A stretch of 64,000 nucleotides of DNA from an uncultured Chromatiales bacterium (GTDB lineage Bacteria; Bacteroidota; Ignavibacteria; SZUA-365). Position 1 is the first letter of the stretch. Each line of letters starts with the position of its first letter. The notes beneath the pieces are model-generated. The model was not told where the DNA came from. It made no database searches and saw only the letters and a program-made list of their open reading frames with translations. The DNA lies in the NCBI GenBank assembly GCA_964388275.1, contig CAYLZD010000010.1, positions 8,023 to 72,022 of the forward strand, written 5' to 3'. The translations under genes and the position numbers were made by a program. Positions 57,043 to 64,000 of this stretch are shown piece after piece.

Positions 57043-58662
57043 TTAAACCAGTTCCGCTTCGTTGCTCCGGAGAATGGCCTTCAGCAGGCCTCGTATTCTG
57101 TCCGCGGCGCCGGGATTTGTGATATCCCATTCATAATCCCGCCATCCATTCAGAAGTTTTTCAAAGAGGATGTTCGTCTGATACTCGTTCAGGGGCAGGT
57201 CGCAGAATAGCTCGATAAGATCCTGCGTGATCCTGCGGGGATCCGCCGGATCGGTTATTTTCGTGACGAAAGCTACCGGATCGAAGGGATATTTGGGCTT
57301 GGATTTCTTGGAGTCGTCCACCATGGTGTCGCAGGCCGACCAGCGGCTGCTCAGTCGACTTGCGGATATCCATGTCCGGTATTCCGGCCAGCCCTTTACA
57401 TTGGGCGGTTGCAAGAGCTGCAATCCCAGCGTGGCGCAGACGTTGTAGACGTCGAGCATGTTTGTCGGATTAATTTCGAGGGTTCCGACGGCGCCGGCAT
57501 AGTATTCGAGAGGCGATGTGATGTGCGCGCCGATATTGACCTCGTCGAAGAAATGGGCGCTTTTCAGCAGCGTAGCCACCACCGGTCTTAGTTCCCAGTT
57601 GCTCGAAACGAGCACTCGCGCGAGTTGGGATACGATCGCCTCGTCGGCGATTTCGTATACGAATTGCCGGTAGAGTTTCCGGCAGATGAATGTGGAAACC
57701 TCCGTCCGTCTCTCATCCAGGATAAGGTCGATGATATCGCCGTGCTTCCAGTTGCCGCTCCGTCCCATGAATGTTTTCTCGCCGGCGTCATGATTGTTCG
57801 AGACGAAAGCTGCTTCGTACGGGTGGTACTGCTGCTTTCCGCTCGGCAGGGGGCCCATAGTCTTGAGCGTCCAACCCGTGAGTCCTCTCGCCGCGGCCTT
57901 GACGTCGTCCTCCGTGTATCCGATGCCTTCTCCGAGCGTGTGGAGTTCCATAAGCTCGCGGGCGTAGTTCTCGTTGGGACGCGATCTGGTGTTGTAGCGT
58001 CCGTCGAGATAGATGAGCATCGCGGGTGAGAGAGTGACTTCAAGCAGCATCTGCCTGAAGTTGCCCAGGTAATTCCTGCGGAAATTGTCCAAAAGCCAAT
58101 AGTTGAAATGCGGCTGCGGAACATCGGAGGCCTCGGTCGACCAGTGATCGTGCCAGAACCACACCATCTTTTCCCGTATAGAAAATCTGCCCGTCAGAAT
58201 CTCTTTCATCCACCACTGCCTCAGGTCGCTGAGCCACTGCCGGTTGTCGGCGTCGTTGTCGTCGTTGCGGTTATACACGTAATTCTCGTTCACCCAGGAC
58301 CCGGGCGGATCAGGCGGTTGAGTCTGCTTGAGCAACTCGTCCACGGCTGCGTCGGGCGTCAAGGACATGGCGCGGTCGACGTCCTCCTTGGTAGCGCCGA
58401 AACATGTGCGCCTCAGCAGGTACATCGCGCGCCGCCTGTTCCATGGTTCGGAGGGGGACGGAGTGTACGGTCCGAGACCGGAGCTGGTGCGGCGTGGAAG
58501 TGCGATCGGCTCTGGAAGGCCTTTCAGGCTGCCCTTTCGTTCCAACAGAGCTTTTTGAATCCGCTCGTCTCCCGCCGCGGCGGCGCGGGGCGGCATGCTG
58601 AAACCGGGCTCTGCATGGGCCACCTTCGGTAGCGTGGACGTCAGAAATCGTCTCCTGTTCAT
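57043..58662 (-). CDS. DUF1800 family protein, the usual partner of DUF1501.
   Basis: A TAT-like start MNRRRFLTSTLPKVAHA. The family-typical length and the WFWHDHWSTE / HTLGEG region are present. It lies directly upstream of and on the same strand as the DUF1501 gene. Confidence 0.75.
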   Translation of the reverse strand: MNRRRFLTSTLPKVAHAEPGFSMPPRAAAAGDERIQKALLERKGSLKGLPEPIALPRRTSSGLGPYTPSPSEPWNRRRAMYLLRRTCFGATKEDVDRAMSLTPDAAVDELLKQTQPPDPPGSWVNENYVYNRNDDNDADNRQWLSDLRQWWMKEILTGRFSIREKMVWFWHDHWSTEASDVPQPHFNYWLLDNFRRNYLGNFRQMLLEVTLSPAMLIYLDGRYNTRSRPNENYARELMELHTLGEGIGYTEDDVKAAARGLTGWTLKTMGPLPSGKQQYHPYEAAFVSNNHDAGEKTFMGRSGNWKHGDIIDLILDERRTEVSTFICRKLYRQFVYEIADEAIVSQLARVLVSSNWELRPVVATLLKSAHFFDEVNIGAHITSPLEYYAGAVGTLEINPTNMLDVYNVCATLGLQLLQPPNVKGWPEYRTWISASRLSSRWSACDTMVDDSKKSKPKYPFDPVAFVTKITDPADPRRITQDLIELFCDLPLNEYQTNILFEKLLNGWRDYEWDITNPGAADRIRGLLKAILRSNEAELV

Positions 58663-58807
58663 GATGAGTTCCTGGCTGCTTCGTGATAGAGCCCGCCTTC
58701 GCCGGCGCGGCCGCGGAATGAATTGCCGGGAATAACTTATACAATCACTGACAATTATCCGAATACCGGCGCCGCTTCGTTCGGATGTCGACAAACGTGT
58801 TCCCTGC

Positions 58808-58840
58808 AAATAAAAAAGGTGTTTCTGTTCGAAACACCTT
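58808..58840 (-). terminator. Rho-independent terminator of the HU gene.
   Basis: On the minus strand: AAGGTGTTTC-GAACA-GAAACACCTT followed by TTTTTATTT. It lies 26 nt downstream of the HU stop. Confidence 0.6.
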
Positions 58841-58865
58841 GTCAGGATTCAGAGCGGGATCGCGC

Positions 58866-59165
58866 TTACTTCTTGACTCCGAGAACTGCGTCCTTCGCCT
58901 GCTTCGCGATGCGGAATTTCAGCGTCTTCTTCGCGGGAATCTTGATGCTCTCGCCCGTCGCCGGGTTGCGGCCGGTGCGCGCCTTGCGGTTGACGATGAC
59001 GAGCTTGCCGAGACCCGGCATGGTGAACGACTTCTTCGCTTCCTTGCATGCCAGCGACGTGTACTCGGTGATGAATTGCTCGGCGACCTTCTTCGGCTGA
59101 TTCAGCTTGTCGGCCAGAAAGTCAACGATCTGTTTCTTGGTCATCGGCTTTGCTTCCTTTGCCAT
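58866..59165 (-). CDS. hup: HU family DNA-binding protein.
   Basis: MAKEAKPMTKKQIVDFLADKLNQPKKVAEQFI...GKLVIVNRKARTGRNPATGESIKIPAKKTLKFRIAKQAKDAV shows the HU/IHF arm motif RNP.TGE. The SD AAGGAG lies 5 nt upstream of the ATG. Confidence 0.85.
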   Translation of the reverse strand: MAKEAKPMTKKQIVDFLADKLNQPKKVAEQFITEYTSLACKEAKKSFTMPGLGKLVIVNRKARTGRNPATGESIKIPAKKTLKFRIAKQAKDAVLGVKK

Positions 59166-59405
59166 GTTTTCTCCTTGTTGTGTGATATGATATTGGAACA
59201 GGAATAATGCCGCGGGAAACATAAGCAAATTTTCGCCAAAGGCAAACGAAAAAATCGCCGTCGACAAGGATTTCGATCAATGTTTGCAGGGCTGTGGGGA
59301 TTCATGCCGCCGGGGCGGAGGCGTGAGGTGAAACGGAAAGCGCGCTGCTCCGGCCGAGGGCGGGAGGCAGCGCGCTCGAAAACGCGCGTCGAATGCGGAA
59401 TCCGG

Positions 59406-59846
59406 TCAGTGTATCGCCGCTGCTATCGCTACCGTATCGGCCTTTTTGCTCCAGCAATGCGCCACGTTCGCGCAATGCCGGGCCACGCGGCAGTTGCCGT
59501 CATAAAGGGCGCGCCTTGAAACGGCGTAACGAGCGATCGCGGAATCGAAACGATACAGGGCGCAAGCGGCCAGTATGCGGATCTCGGGCACTTCGTCGCT
59601 TTTCAGGACTCTCAACAGCGGCACGATGATTTCATCGAGTTCGATGTTTTTGTAGGTGTCTTTGAGTTCCATGACCAACAGTAACGTGGACTCGCGAATG
59701 CCGACCGACCTGTCCTTCAGATTGGCGGTGATGCTGGTTTTGATTGCCCTGAGCTGCTTGGGCGGGAATGGCGCGTTGTCTTGCGCCGATGCCGGTACTG
59801 ATACGGCTGCAAAGAGTAAAACAATCACGGCAAGAGCGGTTTTCAT
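59406..59846 (-). CDS. Secreted HEAT/armadillo-like repeat protein; hypothetical.
   Basis: The signal peptide is MKTALAVIVLLFAAVSVPASAQ. Helical repeats follow (...VPLLRVLKSDEVPEIRILAACALYRF...). Confidence 0.5.
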   Translation of the reverse strand: MKTALAVIVLLFAAVSVPASAQDNAPFPPKQLRAIKTSITANLKDRSVGIRESTLLLVMELKDTYKNIELDEIIVPLLRVLKSDEVPEIRILAACALYRFDSAIARYAVSRRALYDGNCRVARHCANVAHCWSKKADTVAIAAAIH

Positions 59847-60008
59847 AACTCCTCCTTTATTCGGTAATCCGTCGTCTTATGCGCAATACATGGACGTGTA
59901 CGCCGCCGGAGCGCCGGATGTTTCATGCCCTTTGGAAAATATTTTTCTATTGCGATTTTCGATGAAAACGGGAATTTTATGTCATCAGAGAACAACAACA
60001 GGTAGGCA

Positions 60009-60815
60009 ATGTCATACGACGTAAATGATTTCGAAATCGAAGTAATAGAACGCAGCCGGACTTTGCCCGTCGTTGCGGACTTCTGGGCGGAATGGTGCGC
60101 CCCTTGCAGGATGCTCGGACCCGTGCTGGAGAAGCTGGAAGCCGAAAGCGAAGGCGCGTGGATGCTGGCGAAGGTCGACACGGAGAGCATGCCGGAAGCG
60201 GCGATGCGATACGGGGTGCGAAGCATTCCCGCGGTGAAACTCTTCGTGAACGGCGAAGTGACCGCGGAGTTCGTCGGCGCCCAGCCGGAGCATGTCATCA
60301 GGCAGTGGCTGTCGACCAATGCTCCGCCTCAGCGGGCGAAGATCGTGGATGAAGCCGGACTCATGCTTGCACGCGGCGACGTGAAGCGCGGCCGTAAACT
60401 CTTGAGACAGGTGTTGGATGAGGACGCGACAGACGAACGCGCCCGCGTGATGCTCGCACAGTCCCTTGCGCTGGAGTCTCCGTCAGAGGCGGCGGCTCTG
60501 GTTGAGCCGATCGAAGCGGGCTCGAGCTTCGACGACGTCGCGGAAGCGCTGAGGAATTACGCGTCCCTGCTGGCAGTGGATGCCGCCTCTCTGCCGGACG
60601 GCCGCGCCCGCGACCTCTTCGCTTCGGCTCTCGATGCGATCCGGGGCGGGGACTTCGATGCGGCGCTCGGATCTCTGATCGAAGTGATACGCCTCGACCG
60701 ATGGTATAACGACGATGCCGCGCGGAAAGCCTGCCTGGCTCTATTCAAAGCGCTCGGCGAGGGACACGAGGTGACACTGCGGCACCGGAAGGAATTCAAC
60801 AGGGCTCTGTATTGA
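60009..60815 (+). CDS. Thioredoxin domain protein with a C-terminal TPR-like domain (YbbN/CnoX-like).
   Basis: PVVADFWAEWCAPCRMLGPVLEKL (a WCxPC thioredoxin motif), followed by a helical repeat region. Confidence 0.85.
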   Translation: MSYDVNDFEIEVIERSRTLPVVADFWAEWCAPCRMLGPVLEKLEAESEGAWMLAKVDTESMPEAAMRYGVRSIPAVKLFVNGEVTAEFVGAQPEHVIRQWLSTNAPPQRAKIVDEAGLMLARGDVKRGRKLLRQVLDEDATDERARVMLAQSLALESPSEAAALVEPIEAGSSFDDVAEALRNYASLLAVDAASLPDGRARDLFASALDAIRGGDFDAALGSLIEVIRLDRWYNDDAARKACLALFKALGEGHEVTLRHRKEFNRALY

Positions 60816-61025
60816 CGGCGTGAACGCCGCCGGAACGGCGGAGCGGCGAAAAAAAAACTCCGGACTATTGACTCCGGCGCTCCGTACCGTTATATTGCGG
60901 ATAAGTTATATCTTAAAATCTTTTTCCGTCAACGCAGGAGCCGGATTTCCGGAACCGGACTCCGGACGATCCGCAATTCAAGCCCCGGAAGGGGAATCAC
61001 AACAACAACATAATTGGAGGAATCC

Positions 61026-62225
61026 ATGATAAAATACAACCGTATCGCATCCGCGCTGTTCGCGTTCGCGCTGCTTGCGTCCTCATCCGCGGTGTCGCAG
61101 ATCGTATTCGACGGAACACCCGGAGTTTCGGCCCCGCCTTCGACTCTGGGACCATTCACTATGGCGCCCTTCGGAGCTGATCCCGGCCCATTGTTTGTCG
61201 ATGTCACGACGGCGCCGGGTCCGAACGGCGACGTCGTTTTTTCCACTGGGGTGAATCATCGGAAGGTAGGAAGCGGGTGGGCGACCTGGAGCCACGGCTA
61301 TGCCGGTGACGTCTACTTCGCGACGGGCACCCAGCTGGTCATGACAATGCCGGCGAATACCCAGGCATTCTACTTCTATGCCGAGCCGAACAGCCTCAGC
61401 ACGTACACCATCACCGCGACGTCGCAGGACAACACCAGTTCCGGGCCTATCCCGGTGGTCGGCAATGCCGGCGCCAAATATTTCGGATTCTTCTCGACCA
61501 ACGGCGTGGGTCTGGCTACTATCACTGTGGATGTCCCCGCGGCGGCAAGCGGATTCGCGGTGGGTGAATTCGGAATTTTCCAGTGTGAAGCGCCTGGAAT
61601 AGCGGTTTCGCTTTCTCCCTCGATGCTCTGGCCGCCGAATCATACAATGGCAAATATCAGCGCGTCGGTTACGGTGACCGGAAACTGCGGCGGTGAAATC
61701 GTCACGCTCGAGTCCGTTTCTAGCAATGAACCCGACAACGGCGACGACGACGGCAATACCGTCGATGATATCCAGGGTGTAACACTGGGTGTTGCGGACT
61801 ATCAGTTCAAGGTTCGTCGCGAGCGTTCAGGCATAGGCACGGGCCGCGTCTATACGGCCACATACAAAGTGACGGATCAGTACGGCAACTGGTCGACCGG
61901 TTTCGGCACGGTAACGGTACCGCTGAATATGAGCAAGACGGGCCCCGTCGCCTCCGCGCCCGCTATGATCGAACTCGAACAGAATTATCCCAATCCATTC
62001 AATCCCTCCACGACGATCCGTTACGGAGTGCCCGTCGACGGCCACGTGAAACTCGCGGTCTACGACATGATGGGACGTGAAGTGTCGGTCTTGTCCGATG
62101 AGGCGCATCAGGCAGGCACTTACTCCGTGGCTTTCGATGCCGCTGATCAGCCCAGCGGAATGTACATCTACCGTTTGACGATGGACGGAGTGAGCACTTA
62201 CCGCACGATGACCTTGTCGAAGTAA
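61026..62225 (+). CDS. Secreted protein with a T9SS C-terminal sorting domain; hypothetical.
   Basis: A GGAGG SD lies 5 nt upstream. The signal peptide is MIKYNRIASALFAFALLASSSAVSQ. The C-terminus NYPNPFNPSTTIRYGVPVDGHVKLAVYDMMGREVSVL...GMYIYRLTMDGVSTYRTMTLSK is a canonical T9SS CTD. Confidence 0.75.
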   Translation: MIKYNRIASALFAFALLASSSAVSQIVFDGTPGVSAPPSTLGPFTMAPFGADPGPLFVDVTTAPGPNGDVVFSTGVNHRKVGSGWATWSHGYAGDVYFATGTQLVMTMPANTQAFYFYAEPNSLSTYTITATSQDNTSSGPIPVVGNAGAKYFGFFSTNGVGLATITVDVPAAASGFAVGEFGIFQCEAPGIAVSLSPSMLWPPNHTMANISASVTVTGNCGGEIVTLESVSSNEPDNGDDDGNTVDDIQGVTLGVADYQFKVRRERSGIGTGRVYTATYKVTDQYGNWSTGFGTVTVPLNMSKTGPVASAPAMIELEQNYPNPFNPSTTIRYGVPVDGHVKLAVYDMMGREVSVLSDEAHQAGTYSVAFDAADQPSGMYIYRLTMDGVSTYRTMTLSK

Positions 62226-62413
62226 GGCAAATCATCCTCCTGCGCAAAACGGGCGGTGGTGACACCGCCCGTTTTCGTTCGTATGATGCGTGCCTGGGAA
62301 CATAATTCGAGAAAACCTGCCGGCGAGTCGTCGGTCATCGATGCGAGGGCTTCGCATATCCGGCAGAAACATTCATCGGGTCGCATGGAACCCGGCCATG
62401 GCGCGTTTCCTAA

Positions 62414-63436
62414 TCAGAACTCGATGAAAGAGATTGATACCACCTGGGAATCCATCAGTCCGGCATACCGCCATGTGGCGCCGGAGTCCTCGCTGCGGAA
62501 AATGCCTCCCCAAATGGTTCCGGCGTACATGCGGCGGGAATCCGCCGGATCCACGGCCAGCGCATGAACCGTGGGCACATTCAAACCTGTGCTTCGATTG
62601 TCCCAGGTTTCGCCCAAGTCGGTTGAAAGATGCACGCCTGCCTCGAAGCCGCCGATATAAATGCTTGAGTCGGCGTCCGGCACGAATGCAACCGCGTAAA
62701 CGGTTCCGACATCGCCTGACGCGGGGCGCTTTGCCCAGTTCATGCCGCCGTCGGTGGAGACGAACATCCCGTCTTCTTCCGTGCCCGCGGCCAGCAGATC
62801 GGATCTGCGGGGATGGCGGGCGATTGTTCGCACGCCCCGTGGAACGCTCACGGAGAGTTCCCATCTCGATCCGCCGTCCACGCTGATGTATATGCCGTCC
62901 TCCGCCGAACAAAGCAAACGGCCTGGAACTGCAGGGTCGTAGAGAACCGTCGGGGTGAACGGCGGAAAACGGCGGCCGGTGTTGCATTCCAGCCAGTTTT
63001 CACCGTCATCGGTCGAACGGAATACCCCGTACGCCGTTGCGATGGCCATGCTCCCGAGATTGTGCGGATCCAATGCGATCCCGAGCACTTCGGTAACGCG
63101 CCAGCCCGTCAGCAGTCTCCATGTCGCGCCGGCATCCTTCGAGCGGAGCACGCCGTTGCCCGACGCTATGTAAACCGTTTCCCCGCCGCTCCTGGGGTCG
63201 ACCGCAAATCCGTTCGCCCTGATTCTCTGCGGACCAGTATGTATCCACGTCGTATCGTCGGTTTCGGCTTTGTGGAAGAGGCCCGTGCCGGCATTCGCCG
63301 CGCCCACAATGAACTTCCCCGATGATATCACCGACGCGTAAACGCGTGTTCTCTGCGCGACGGACGAGGGCGCGTTTCCCAGCAGCATGATTGCCGTGAA
63401 CAGCAATATCCGCGTCGCGACTGCTTCACTTCTCAT
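62414..63436 (-). CDS. BNR/Asp-box repeat beta-propeller protein (Ycf48/glycosyl-hydrolase-like), secreted.
   Basis: A signal peptide. Asp-boxes are SKDAGATW, STDDGENW, SVDGGSRW, STDGGMNW, STDLGETW and SEDSGATW. Confidence 0.8.
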   Translation of the reverse strand: MRSEAVATRILLFTAIMLLGNAPSSVAQRTRVYASVISSGKFIVGAANAGTGLFHKAETDDTTWIHTGPQRIRANGFAVDPRSGGETVYIASGNGVLRSKDAGATWRLLTGWRVTEVLGIALDPHNLGSMAIATAYGVFRSTDDGENWLECNTGRRFPPFTPTVLYDPAVPGRLLCSAEDGIYISVDGGSRWELSVSVPRGVRTIARHPRRSDLLAAGTEEDGMFVSTDGGMNWAKRPASGDVGTVYAVAFVPDADSSIYIGGFEAGVHLSTDLGETWDNRSTGLNVPTVHALAVDPADSRRMYAGTIWGGIFRSEDSGATWRYAGLMDSQVVSISFIEF

Positions 63437-63442
63437 GGAAAA

Positions 63443-64000
63443 TCATCCGATTGCGATCCGATGTCCGCTTTCAGCCGCTTCCTGCATGGCAAGCACCGCC
63501 TGCAGAGCCTTCAGCGCGCTTTCGCCGTCGGTCTCGGGTCTTGTGCCGTGCAGAACGCAATCGCCGAACTCGCGCATCTGCTCGATGAAACTCGATAACC
63601 CTTCCTCAGGAAACCCGATCGAACGCTTTCTTTCCGTCAGGACGTGCTCTACGGTGAGACGTTCCGCTTCGCAGGTGATTATGCCGTCGGTCCCGTATAT
63701 CCGGAAAAAAAAAGTATCGAGCGTGCTGTACGATGCAAGGATGGAAACGGGAAGACCCGGTTCCATCAACAGGACCGCATTAACGGTGTCGCAGGAGGAC
63801 TCCCGCATCGCGCGGCTCGACGCCTCTGCCTGTAGGTAACGGATATCGCCGAAGAAATACCTCGCCGCGTCCACGAAATGTATGCCGAGCTGCGACATCG
63901 GCAGGAGAATGCACAGATCGGGATCGCCCTTCCAGCCCGGCATGCCGCCTTCAATGCCTGCGCGCCGCGAAAGGTTCGCCTCTGCCCCGACCGGCGTTCC
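63443..64000 (-). CDS. Gfo/Idh/MocA family oxidoreductase, C-terminal part. The 5' end lies beyond the window.
   Basis: The minus-strand ORF is open to the window edge. The C-terminal domain pattern is ...TLDTFFFRIYGTDGIITCEAE...ALKALQAVLAMQEAAESGHRIAIG. Confidence 0.65.
   Translation of the reverse strand, partial: GTPVGAEANLSRRAGIEGGMPGWKGDPDLCILLPMSQLGIHFVDAARYFFGDIRYLQAEASSRAMRESSCDTVNAVLLMEPGLPVSILASYSTLDTFFFRIYGTDGIITCEAERLTVEHVLTERKRSIGFPEEGLSSFIEQMREFGDCVLHGTRPETDGESALKALQAVLAMQEAAESGHRIAIG

Noticed and set aside
1-64000. tRNA/rRNA genes, IS elements, transposases, integrases or phage genes
   Set aside because: No tRNA-like conserved arms (GTTCGAATC-type T-loop), rRNA-like stretches, transposase DDE motifs or integrase signatures were recognised in the intergenic regions or ORF translations. 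This absence is based on visual inspection only.

Overview
The window is high-GC (about 62-63%) bacterial chromosome, densely coding on both strands. Six intact proteins and one pseudogene end in a type IX secretion (T9SS/Por) C-terminal sorting domain, and DUF1501/DUF1800 pairs are present. By inference this is a high-GC member of the FCB group (Rhodothermaeota or Gemmatimonadota-like) that uses Shine-Dalgarno sites and sigma70-like promoters. I recognised no rRNA, tRNA, CRISPR array, transposase or integrase.

Housekeeping content:
- a partial fatty-acid-CoA ligase
- a TauE/SafE exporter
- an OPA-family MFS transporter
- rsgA
- a DUF47-PiT phosphate transporter pair
- purD
- an aldehyde dehydrogenase
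- a second acyl-CoA synthetase
- HU
- a thioredoxin-TPR protein
- a YbaK-like deacylase
- a partial Gfo/Idh/MocA oxidoreductase

Accessory and surface content includes two giant secreted proteins of 1960 aa and 1429 aa. There is also a vWA T9SS protein with a decayed paralogous pseudogene, BNR/Asp-box proteins and a HicAB-like toxin-antitoxin pair with a nested operator.

Most interesting candidates:
1. A co-directional cluster on the minus strand (7665-13085) holds a GAF-PP2C phosphatase, a Ser/Thr kinase with TPR repeats, a Nif11-like small protein with a Trp-rich C-terminus, and a polyprenyl-synthase-like enzyme. It resembles a ComQ/ComX-type isoprenylated peptide signalling module re-wired to Ser/Thr kinase signalling.
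2. A WYL-domain regulator sits divergent from an unknown 309-aa protein. A palindrome-rich gap follows. Then comes a translationally coupled trio of an ExbB/TolQ/GldL-like three-helix membrane protein, a GldM/ExbD-like single-helix periplasmic protein with an acidic TM residue, and an L,D-transpeptidase. Together these suggest a possible novel ion-driven envelope motor.
3. A hierarchical 193-bp tandem repeat array lies in an 850-bp non-coding gap beside an HTH/AT-hook protein.
4. A four-gene surface operon encodes a secreted protein, an outer-membrane protein, a 1960-aa giant and an FN3 protein.

All function calls rest on motif recognition by eye, not on searches.
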